From the NCBI GenBank assembly GCA_028534125.1, contig CM052851.1, forward strand, positions 6,572,001 through 6,636,000: DNA of 64,000 bases, read 5' to 3'. Below the pieces are notes generated by a model. The model worked only from the letters and a program-made list of their open reading frames with translations, made no database searches and was not told the origin of the DNA. The stretch comes from Lama glama. Its lineage: Eukaryota. Positions 1-10,500 of the stretch are shown here, one piece after another (within the stretch, counting starts at the first letter, position 1; each line of letters begins with the position of its first letter). Position numbers and translations under genes: made by a program.

Positions 1-275
1 GGCCATGGCGATAGGGATGTGTGTGTGGTGGGGGTATATGCCAGGCCTCAGGAGGGCATAAGCCAAAGTGCAGGGTGGGACAGGCCCAAGAGGCACTGAG
101 TGACCTACACTGGCTGGATGCTGGGCAGCAGTGGGGCTGGGGTGGGCGAGGAAGATGCAGGCCTTGAGCCCAGCCCAAGAATAAAGGTTTATTCTCTGCC
201 CAGGGGCCCCAAAGGCAGGTGGAGGATTCCCATGCCCACCAAGACCTCCCCTAGAGGCTAAATGCCAGTGCTCAC

Positions 276-1444
276 CATGCGAATGATGTCTGGGTAGACA
301 GGCTCAATGAGAACCCCCCGAGTGCTCCCCACACACTCCACCAGTTCATTGAGTGCCGCCCGCTTCACCTCCTTCCCCTTCAGGTCAGCCACACAGTCCA
401 AGAAGTCAAACATCACCCCACACTGGGCCAGCTTCCGGCTCAGCAGCTCATGCAGCTCAGAGGCTGGAACATCTGGAGAGGAAGGAGGGGCTGAGCCTTG
501 GGCCCCAGCTGCCAGAGCTCCGGGTAGGGGCGGGCCCTCCTAATCCCTAGGGCAGCCTCCTCTGCCCCAGACCCCATCTTTTGTGCCATCTTCCACTACT
601 TGCAGAGAGGAAATAACTTCTGGCCCTCCTCCATTCTTGCACAGTACAATAACTTCATCTCTTCATCCTAACTCAGGCTCAGAGCTTGATAGCCTGATTT
701 TAAAGCAAGGTAACAGACCCCAGATGCCTGGGCTTTCCATAGGTGCCCCAAACAGCCACTGCTTCCTTCTCATAGGTGGCACTCTATTCCAAGAGCCAGA
801 AGTGGGGAGAAGAGCGAAGACCAAGGATCTCTAGGGTGCCCTCCGCCTCAGCCAGTTAGGTCCCAGAGGTGGGGGGGATTACACAGTGATTGTAGGGAGC
901 CATGTTAAGCACCTGCTCCAGGACCCTGGCAGCAGCTGAGCTGCTAGTGGCCTCCTGGAACCCAGGCTGTAGGCCCCACCCTTGGCCCTGGTCTGCCCCC
1001 CAGGGTGGCGCCACCTCCAGATGCCCCACCTCCAAGGATGACAGGCCAGTCAGGCCATGCGTCAGCAGAGAGGGCTAGAGGGCTGGGGGGTGGGGGTCAG
1101 CTCAGATAGTGGAGTCCCTGGCCTGGAAGGGGCCATCCAAACTCCCTCTGATCACAGCTACCAGCTGCTTCTCACTACCCCACCCCCAAGCCTCACTTGC
1201 CCACTCCAGGACTCAGGTACCCTCCCAGTCAGCAGCTGGGCTCACCTTTGAGCAGGGGCAGTGGAGTGAGTTCTTGCTGGTTGCTCTGATAGCGGAACTG
1301 AGAGGAGCTATGGGACCGCCGGGGCCGGGCCCTGCGGAGGGAACGGCGGGAGAAACCGTCCACCTTGTCTGGTGGAGGCACAGGGGACAGCCCCGGTGAA
1401 GAGGGGCTGGTGGGGGTGCTTGCAGGGGGCAGCTTCGTCTCCAT
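276..1444 (-). CDS. PPP2R5B: PP2A regulatory subunit B56-beta, first two coding exons (1444-1246 and 472-276); gene continues off the left edge
   Basis: Minus-strand ATG at 1444 (GCCATGG) reads [66 protein letters not shown]; donor G|GTGAG at 1246/1245; acceptor ctctccag| at 472 continues [66 protein letters not shown] to donor ATG|GTGAG at 276. Matches B56-beta N-terminus; synteny with ATG2A. Confidence 0.97.
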
Positions 1445-1691
1445 GGCAGCCAGGCAGCAGGTCAAGCCTTCAGAGCCCCTGCGGTTCCCGATGGGCCTGG
1501 AGGATGCTGAGTGAGGCTGGGCTGACTAACTTGGGCCCATCCTGTGCAGTTGCGGGGGGGACAACCACAGTCCTGGGAACCCCCCCCAGGGCTTTCGGCA
1601 ACAGCCCAGTCCTGGGGGGCAAGCACGGTAGAGAGGATGATGGCTCAGATCTCAGGTCCTTCCTAGGCGTCCGAAGATTCCCTCCCTGGCT
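1445..1691 (-). other. PPP2R5B: 5' UTR part of the PPP2R5B first coding exon
   Basis: Minus-strand polypyrimidine tract and acceptor (ctctgacttctttttccaaag|AGCCAGG) at ~1692/1691 upstream of the ATG. Confidence 0.7.
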
Positions 1692-2249
1692 CTTTGGAAA
1701 AAGAAGTCAGAGCTGAGAGGTCAGCAAGAAAGAGACAGACAGACCCTGTCAGTTCTTTCAGGACAGCGTGTGGGTCTGCCGCTGAGTGCCCAAGTCTTCT
1801 TTCCCTCATCCCCTCGCCCAGACTCTAAATAGAGGTGCAACCCCCTCCCATACGAGACATGTTCCTCCCTTCTCCCAAACTGAAAGGCCCCAGGCTCCAA
1901 AACAGCCCCTCTCGAAATAGGGCCTCTCCCCCAAGCCAGGCCCTACCTAGAACGGGGACCTCGTTTTTCACCCCTATCTCCTAAAAGAATGGGGCCCCGG
2001 TGCTACTCTACTAATCCTGGTCACCTGGGACCTCCTCAAGAATGGGGCCCCTAACCCCATGCCACCCCACTTCTAGAACCCGGCATTCTCCCCCACCTCA
2101 GTTTCTCCTTCCTCGCCCCCAAATCTCATCTGCCCCTGGGTGTGGGGGACACTCACTTCTAAGAAGCCCAGACTTTGGTCGCTGACCCCCAGAGGCTGCC
2201 GGTGGGGAAGGAGGAGGCTGCTCAGGGCTCCTTAGCTGCGGTTCTGTTC

Positions 2250-3000
2250 GGGGCACCAGCACTGGGCGGCGGCGCTCCTGGGTTCTCTCTCCGGCTCCGG
2301 GGGGGCCGGAGCATACCCCCGACTCAGCCCGGGGTCGGGGCGCGAGCGCCCGGCGGGCTCTGGGCTGGCCCGGGCAGCGCTTAGACCTCTCCTCAAGTCG
2401 TGGGACCTGACCCGCGCGGCGCCGCGGGAGCCCCAGCTCTGTGCGCACCGGCACCCGCCGCCCAGCTGCTCACGATGACATCAAGTCACCTCCCCCCGCC
2501 GGCCCGCACCTCCCCGCGGGTTTGGGGGGCGGGGAAGGGGGGCTGCGTCAGAAATTTCCCGCCCAGGTAGTTGGGAGATGTAGTCCCCGCACCGCTTAAA
2601 GCGGGCTGCCAAAGGGGTAATTCCTGCGGGTACCCGGGGACAAGACTGAAGCAGACTGGGACGGGATCCAAATGGGGCTGGGCTCCTGGGTTCTGTAAGG
2701 GAGACTGCATGGGAAGAGAGGAAGAATCAGGAGTCTGCCGAGGAAGCTGGGGGTGATGCCAGGATTATGGCAGGAAAGAGGCCCAATCCGATGTCAGGCC
2801 CAGAGATTTGGCCTGCGCCATCTGTGCCCCAGGCATTCCACCCCTAAGGGAACCCCACACCCACCTGAGAACAGGTGGACACTTTAGAACCCCGGTAGAA
2901 ACCAGCACTGGACTAGTTAATAGTCTACAGTGAGCCAGTGCCTGCTGGGAGGGGTGTGGTGCCCCCAAGGCTGCTGGGAAATGCAGTCCCTCCTCAGGCC
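2250..3000 (-). promoter_or_regulatory. PPP2R5B CpG-island promoter / non-coding first exon region
   Basis: CpG-dense 2250-2640; GC boxes; E2F-type TTTCCCGCC 2555-2563; two ZNF143-type ACTACA/ACTGCA..TCCCA motifs on the minus strand at 2572-2584 and 2975-2987. Exact exon-1 boundaries not determined. Confidence 0.7.
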
Positions 3001-4077
3001 TGCAGTCCCCCTCCCATCCCTTGCTGTGTATGGTGACATCATGGTCTGGGTTTAAAGGGCCAGTCTAGGAGAAGCAAAGCATCAGAGCAGGAGATGCTCC
3101 CTGGTGCAACCACCCTACTCCAGGCATGCTGGCCTCCCTGGATGGGACTCCCAGCCCCTCTCGGCCCTAAGGTGTGTTAGTAGGGTCTTTTGTTCAAAAC
3201 CCTCCTGCAGGGTATCCAAGGCACAGGTAGAATTCCAGGGGTTTGGCATTCCTGCCAAAAGTTCCCAACCTGCAATCCTGGGCCCCCTTCCTAGCACTCT
3301 GGACCCCAACACCCTTCATTCTCTTGGACTCTGTCCCCTGTACTACACTGTGAAATGTCCACCCAGACGTTTTGCCTGGATGAGCAACTGGTCCATGTGA
3401 ACATCAGGAGTGGTCAATGAGACCTGGCAACAAAGTGAGGGAGGGGCCCTTTTCAGAGTTTCCATACCCTGCCTTCAGTCTTGCTGACCACTCAATGCCC
3501 CAGTAGAACCACCCAGCCACCTTCCTTGCTGCAGGGAAAGCCTGGGTGCCCAAGACGTGCCCACCTGCTGGAGCAATAAAAAAACAAAAGCCACAGCTTA
3601 GCCAGGCTGAGATCTATGAGCAAACTCCCTGCTTGACAGGCCTTGTCCATCTTGGCCCTGGTGTCTTCATTTGTTAAATGAAAACATTTATTAAATGAAA
3701 AACCCATCTTCCAGGCTCAGGAGATGAAGCCTCTCCCATACTCCTATAGAAAAAGCTAGGGTAGGGCAGGCCCACCAAGCCTTCTACAACAAGGTATGGA
3801 CCCTGAGGCCCAGAAAGAAGTGCTTTGCCCAAGGTTACATAGTCTGTTATCAAAAGCTGGGACCAAGGTACAGTCCCCTACCTCCCAGTCTAAGTCAAGA
3901 GGACACCAGCTCCGACCTCCCACCCCAGGCCCCTGGGGGCTGGTGCCCTGGTCCCTGAGGATCTCCAGGCCAGGCTGGTCATGGAGGATTTGTGCTTTGT
4001 ACAAAGCAGTTGCTTGGTTTGAGGACTGGGGCACTAAAGGGTGGAGAACAGACATAAGACTTCCTATAAGAAGTGGC

Positions 4078-4490
4078 TTTTTTCTTAATGATCATATTTT
4101 ACTATCTATCTGTTTATTTATTTATTTATTTATTTATTTATTACCTTTTAATATATTTTTATTGAAGTATAGTCAGTTTACAATGTTATGTCATTATCTG
4201 GTGTACAGCACAATACTTCAGTCATATGGGAACATGCGTATATTCGTTTTCATATTCTTTTTAACCGTAAGTTACTACAAGATACTGAATATAATTCCCT
4301 GTGCTATACAGTAGAAACTTGTTTATCGGATTTGCTGAGAATCCTCCTGTATTTTGAAATGAGAGACCCTCTGCCAGAGTTCAGTAGGTGTTCTGTGCAA
4401 TTCAATGGGTTTGTAGATGTAATTCTTGGTGTATTTGTGGAAGAGGGCGAGCTGTGAGTCTCTCTACTCCACCATCTTGGCTCAACCCCT
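4078..4490 (-). mobile_element. Bipartite L1-derived retroelement (L1 5' terminus fused to L1 3' terminus + A-rich tail) with target-site duplication
   Basis: Minus strand starts AGGGGTTGAGCCAAGATGGTGGAGTAG (L1 5' end-type, YY1-like), joins at 4327/4326 to ATAAACAAGTTTCTACTGTATAGCACAGGGAA...CTATACTTCAATAAA (artiodactyl-type L1 3' end) and a (TAAA)n tail; flanked by AGAAGTGGC at 4069-4077 and 4491-4499. Confidence 0.8.
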
Positions 4491-4552
4491 AGAAGTGGCC
4501 TTTGAAGTGGGTCTCAAAATAGAAACAATGTCACCTGGGGGACAGAGAGTTA

Positions 4553-4760
4553 AAAATTTTTAAATCATCTTTATTGAGACAGAATTCACATATTATAAAA
4601 TTCACCCATTTTCATGTTATTGTTTAAGAGTATGGGTTTTGCAAGATGAAAAAGTTCAGTTTAGGTGCACAATAATGTGGCTATACTTAACACTACTGCA
4701 TTGTACTTTTAGAAATGGTTAAGATGATAAAATTTATCATGTGTATTTTACCCCAATTTA
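4553..4760. mobile_element. Old L1 (L1M-type) 3' end fragments in both orientations
   Basis: tttattgagacagaattcacat..aaaattcacccattt (minus 3' end) followed by gatgaaaaagttc..cttaacactactg..aaatggttaagatg..tgtattttaccccaat (plus 3' end). Confidence 0.6.
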
Positions 4761-5744
4761 GACAAAATGCAAAATCCAGGCCCTTCACCATGGACCAAGT
4801 CAAAAGCCACAGCCTCCAGGCTACCTTCCAGAATCCCTTTTATATCTATCCTGATCCCACTGAGGAAATTCCCAGAGGGGCTTCTTCTGGGTGGGCAATC
4901 CCTGGGGAAGGGCGAACCTCACCTCAGGGCTCCTGAGGTCTAGGGCACATGGTTGCCTGATAATTTTCCACCTAATCTGATGTGGGGAGGCCCTCAAGTG
5001 GCCCCACAAAGCCTAGCTCTCCTGCTTTTTTTTCTATGGGGAGGAACCCTAGTCCTATGCTTCCCCAGACCTCTTGAGTCCTCTGAAATCCAGTTGTCCA
5101 GTGCCAAAGGCCATTGTATTTGTTAGCACTGCTGGACCTAAAGTGGACCCCAGGACTTCATCCCAGAAATACCCCTATGGGGTTCCCAATACCATTTTCC
5201 CTAAGAGAACAGTATCCCCTTTACCCTGCTTGTATTTTTTATTCTCTCGTTCAGCTCCTACTTCAAGGCCTGGGTCAGGTTGTGAGATGACTATATCTCT
5301 CGAGTTGGATTTCTGTGGAGCTCACTGCAAGGACTCTTCTGCCCCTCTGAGTCCTGTCTACTTCTCTGCTGTGGCACAGACACTGCACTATGTCCTGGCT
5401 GCAGACGGAATCAGGCTCAGAGTAGATTCAAAGTCACCCACTGCTAAGAGATAGAGGTGGCTCCTAGTAAAGTTACAATGAAAGACATGAGTGCAGCCTT
5501 AGTGGAGGGAAGCCAGTCCAGGAAGCAGCCACTCCAGATTGGAGATCAAGATATTGGGGATGGCCTTGTGTCCCCAACCTTTGCATATAGTATGTTCCAT
5601 TCCCACTACAGGAGAATAGTAGCTCCTTCCTAGACTGAACATAAGGACAACTTTTCCTAGATTCTAGAAGCTGCTTTTCTATTCCCACTGTCTTTGGGAG
5701 AAATGATGTTTGTTCATTTACTTGCTTCACAAGCACTTAGGCAC

Positions 5745-5910
5745 ACAGCCTCAGTTTTCCTCTCTCGTAAAATGGGAATATTAATAATGCCTCCCTCGTG
5801 TGCCTGAGTAGTAAAGAACAGATGAGATCATGCATGTAAAGTGACAAACCCAGTGTCCAGGACATCACATTAGCTCAATTCATGGTATCTATTACTTTTA
5901 TTATTAATTT
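5745..5910 (+). mobile_element. MIR SINE fragment
   Basis: gcctcagttttcctc..gtaaaatgggaata..ataatgcct..gatgagatcatgcatgtaaagtg core. Confidence 0.65.
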
Positions 5911-6339
5911 AATAAACACTCGATGAACACAACTCTGCCCCTGGCCTCATGGGGGTCAGGCAGGTCGCTTGATTCATTCCACAAGCATTTTTGAAGCAAC
6001 CATTGTATTAGCCATCCTCCTTGAATGGGGCTTTCCTAGTGTTTCCCACAATTCTCTCAGACTGTAACCCAGTCCTTTCCAGGTAAAGAATTGTCCTGCC
6101 TACTAACCCAGCCCTAGGTTAAAGGGGATAAAACAAGTTCACAGAGGAGCAGTGACTTGCCTGAAGTCACAGAGAGCTGGAAATGGAATCAAGATCCCTG
6201 CGCCTGAGGCCAGGGAGGTTGCCCTTGCTTCAGGCAGACTTTTGGCTTTAGATTTCAGTAGAGTCCATCTCCCTAGTAAGGCTTAAGTGGAATTATAATT
6301 ACCTGTTGATATCTCTTAAGCCTTCATGATACAACTGGG

Positions 6340-6680
6340 CTTAGACGACCAAACCTGTACAGCCTAAAATAAATATATTTTAAATAAAATATTTTAAAAT
6401 ATTAAAATTTTACATAAAATATTTTAAATAAAATAGATATTTTAGGCTTTGTAGGCCTCCGTCTTAAGTACTCAACTCTGCTGTCGTAGCAAGAAACCAG
6501 CCCTAGAGAGTACTTATTCAAATGAGCAGAACTGTGTTACACTAAAACTTTATTTGTGGACACACATGTGAATTTCTTGAGTTTCACATCATGAAATTTT
6601 ATTCTTCTTTGATTTTTTCCCAACTATTCAAAAATGTAAAAACCATTCTTATTTCATGGGTTGCATGAAACAATAAACCC
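6340..6680. mobile_element. MER58-type hAT-Charlie DNA transposon remnant
   Basis: atattttaggctttgtaggcc..actcaactctgctgtcgtagc..aaaactttatttgtggacac motifs typical of MER58. Confidence 0.55.
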
Positions 6681-6740
6681 TTGCTCAAGGAAGTTAGAAT
6701 CCATTCTTTACTGAATTTTTGAATTAGAGATTAAAAAAAA

Positions 6741-6776
6741 TTATTACTACTACTACTACTACTACTATTATTATTA
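6741..6776 (+). repeat. (TAC)n/(TAT)n compound trinucleotide microsatellite
   Basis: ttattactactactactactactactattattatta seen directly. Confidence 0.9.
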
Positions 6777-7129
6777 GCCAGAGACCTGACCTACTACAGA
6801 GAGAAGGGTGGGTCAGTTAACCTCCTGTCAAGCATTTCAGTAAGGAGTGGAGAAAAAAGGACTTCCTTGATGATGGTTTCACAGCAAAACAGTCTTGTTT
6901 CCTTATTTCTAAAATGGTGACAGTAATCTCTAACTTAGAAGGTTATGAGGGTTGAATGAGATAAAGGAAGGTAAATCGTTTTGTAAAATGCAAATATTTA
7001 TTTACTTGTTTCTAGAGATGCGTGTTGGGGCTCACACTGACTTTATTCCTCTAGAAAGCTTTCTACGAAGTTTGATGGGACACTGCCCCTTTAAATCCTC
7101 CTTAACTACCTCAAGTACTAATAGGACAA

Positions 7130-7503
7130 GTCAGCACATGCGCATTCCTTTGCGGGGCTGGCACCTCAAGCTACAGCCTTCCCGGAGCCCGTAGGAGAGG
7201 TTGAAGGTCCTCCCACACAGAATTTTTACGCAAGCGTAAATCAATTTTGAGAGCACTATATCGTACCGAGAGCCCAGTCCCTTTTTCGCGCCTGAAGGCT
7301 CCGCCCCCGCGGCCAATCAGTAGGCCTCGCCCTTTGCAATGGCCAATGGCAGTGAGCGTGGGGGCGGGGCCGGGCGTCCGGGGGCGCGGCCTGGCGCTAA
7401 GAGAAGCGGTAGAGTGAGCCGGGGGCTCTAGTGAACCGCGAAGCCGGACGGGGAACGCTGGCGGACGGCGAGTTGAGGCGGCCCGGGCCCGGCGGTCTCC
7501 GAG
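7130..7503 (+). promoter_or_regulatory. ATG2A CpG-island promoter and 5' UTR
   Basis: Two CCAAT boxes 30 bp apart (7313-7317, 7343-7347), GC boxes (7301-7306, 7361-7370), E2F-type TTTCGCGC (7284-7291), NRF1-like GCACATGCGCA (7134-7144); no TATA. Confidence 0.75.
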
Positions 7504-10500
7504 ATGTCACGATGGCTATGGCCGTGGTCGAACTGTGTGAAAGAGCGGGTCTGCCGCTACTTGCTGCATCACTACTTGGGTCATTTCTTCCAGGAGCACC
7601 TCAGCCTGGACCAGCTCAGCCTCGATTTGTACAAGGGCAGCATTGCCCTGCGGGATATACATCTGGAGATCTGGGTAAGGATCTGGGCCCGAGCCCGGGA
7701 AGCGGCGGGGTGGGGGGGACAACGATTTGAGGCTACCTGTGAAAGGGTTGGACTTGGGGACCTGGCACTGGGGTGGAGAGGCCGTGGGAGTCCGGCCCTT
7801 TCCAGGGGTCAAGAGGGACCCCAGCTGGTCGCTTCCATAGCCAGTAGCTACCTCTACTTCACAGGAGGAGAAACTGAGGCTGGGAAGCGGGATGTCACTT
7901 GTCTGGAGAATACCAGAATAAGCATATCGAATTTGGGGCCTGAAATGAGGGTGGTACCAAGAAACTGAGGAGAGGGTGAGGAGGGATCAGAGGAACTAGG
8001 GAGTCTGGTGGGACGAGGCCAGGGCAGTGACAGAGTTGGGACACGAAGCTGGTTAGGGAAGTCTGGCAGGGGTCCAGGGCCCTGCTGCAGGCACCTGTGG
8101 GAAGGGTGCCCTGACCTCCTGACCCCACGACCCTGGGCCTGGTGGGTGGGGTTCACCTCCGGCTAGGGATGTCAACAAACGCGTCAGCACCGTGTTGATC
8201 AACACTTTGTGTGACTGCTGCCGCTGCCTACTTCCTGCTTTTGGGAGAGTGGGATGGACCAAGTGGCAGTTTGGGGAGGGGCTTGGGCATCCCTCTGTAG
8301 AGGAAAGCCCTAGAGGAAAGATGGATAAGTCTGGCCTCAGGCAGAGAGGAGCGAGATGCTGGGGAAGCTGAGAGGAGTAAGATCTGGATCTGAGTCCTGA
8401 GACTGGAGGTGATGAGGTGCGGTGATTCACAGGTCAGCTGACCTGGGAAGTTGCAAAGGAGCCACCAATTAGAGGCACCAGACCAGGGCTGGCACTGGGT
8501 CAGTCCTCCAGTTCAGAGAAACAGGGGTGGACATGGAGACAGGGGCTTCTCAGTTTTCTTGGGGGAGTTGAGGGCAGTGGGCAGATAGGATGCCTGGCCT
8601 CAATATAGCCTGGGCAGGAAGAACTGAGCTTTAGAAGTAGGCCAGGACTTCCTGAGCAAATGTGGGGTAGAGGAAGACCCCTGAGCCCAGAGTTGGTGGC
8701 ATCTCTTGCTTCAGAATCCTAGTGCAGGAGACCTTTTCTGATTTCTGACCTCAGCCTCTTAGGCTGGCCTGAAAGAAATAACCCAGACCTCTAGACTGCC
8801 TCTTTCTACATTCCCACTCTGCCCTACCCTCCCCTCAGCTGGGGATTGAATTGGCTCCCAGCTAGGCTGCTTTCCCACCTGGCCTCTGGTGAAGGAGTTG
8901 GGAGGAGCTGGGCCTTGGTGGAATGTAGGTGCTTTCCCAGGATGCCAGCCCTTCTACCTCGGCCTGCAGCCCCTACCTTGAAGATCCTCAAAGACGTCAG
9001 GTGCCTGGGAACCCTGGGATAGGATGAGGAGAGAGGCCTGGGTCTCAGTCTCAGTCCCCATGGTATACTGGATGACTGGTCCCTTCTCTTTAGGCCTCAG
9101 TTTCCCCATCTGTGGATCTCTGGGTAAGGAATTTGTACTCAGTCTCTATAGGCTTGCTAGTTCTGCTGTGTATTTTATTCATGGGTCCAACAAGTATTTA
9201 CTGAGGCCCTCGCTGGGTAGCACCACGCAGAACACCTGGAGTCACACAGAGACGGCAGGTGGACTGCTGCCCTCAAGGAGCTCCCAAGCTGGTGACTCCC
9301 CTGTTTGTAACCGGGAGCTCTAAGCTTGTGCCTCAGAGAGAGGTACAACTGCACCAAGTGTTTGCAGTTGGGGGCCCCCCTCCAGCTCAGGTCAGCCCCT
9401 GTCTGCCTCTCCTGCACACTCCCATTAAACTCCATGCTCACCCAGGATGAATATGGGGTGCTGTTGCATACTGCTGGGCCTTTACATGTGCTGTTCCCAT
9501 ATCTGGACATGCTACCTTCTATCCCCTAGCTCCCCCCACCTCTGGTTTGAAAAACTGGGCACATTGAACTATGCAGTAATAGGGGACCAAGCGTAGGGAT
9601 CAATTGAGCAAAGGTAGGACTTTGCAGGTAGCATGTGGAGGGGTGGGGAGAGCAAGGGTGGAATAGCCAGGCAAGGAGTGCAGCAGCCAGGGGGACAGCT
9701 GGATTTGGGGTTTCCCTGAGCTGGCTTTATCTTCCACTTGCTCCCAGTCTGTGAACGAGGTGCTGGAGTCCATGGAGTCACCACTGGAATTGGTGGAAGG
9801 CTTTGTGGGCTCTATCGAGGTGGCCGTGCCCTGGGCTGCGCTGCTCACCGACCACTGCACTGTGCACGTGTCAGGCCTCCAGCTCACTTTGCAACCCCGC
9901 CAAGGCCCAGGTGAGGAGAGGGCAAAGCTGGTCGGGGGCAGCGTGGAGCAGGAAGTGGGAGTGGGCCTGGCACCAGGGGCTGGCTGGGTCTGCCTGTCCT
10001 GAGACCCTCTTCCTACTTGCAGGAGCAGGGGCTGCTGACTCACAGAGCTGGGCCTCGTGTATGACCACGAGCATGCAGCTGGCTCAGGAGTGCCTGCGGG
10101 ACGGGCTGCCTGAGCCCTCTGAGCCACCACAGCCCCTAGAAGGACTGGAGATGTTCGCCCAGACCATCGAGACTGGTGAGCAGGCCCCTCCTGGCCACCC
10201 TGCCCCTCCATGGCCCATAGGGCAAGGGCCTCAGACAGCAGCATGGCCACCCTGCTGCCCGACAGGGAAACTCTGTCTGCCCCTTGCTGCTCCGCCTGAC
10301 CTGAGACCCTTCCCCACCCCTCAGTACTGCGAAGGATCAAGGTGACCTTCTTGGATACTGTCGTGAGGGTTGAGCACTCGCCGGGTGATGGGAAGCATGG
10401 TGTGGCAGTGGAAGTCCATGTGCAGAGGTAGGGGCAGGCTGAGCAGTGTGGGCTGGCATGAGGAAGAGGGGGAACGAGGGGCTGCTGAATGGCCCTGGCC

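Noticed and set aside
3796-4457. ORFs of 172 and 89 aa with hydrophobic stretches
   Set aside because: They read through the antisense L1 tail and (TTTA)n repeat.
9600-10340. 246-aa minus-strand ORF (and 21328-22077, 249 aa) inside ATG2A
   Set aside because: Low-complexity translations spanning exon-intron mosaics in GC-rich DNA; expected by chance.
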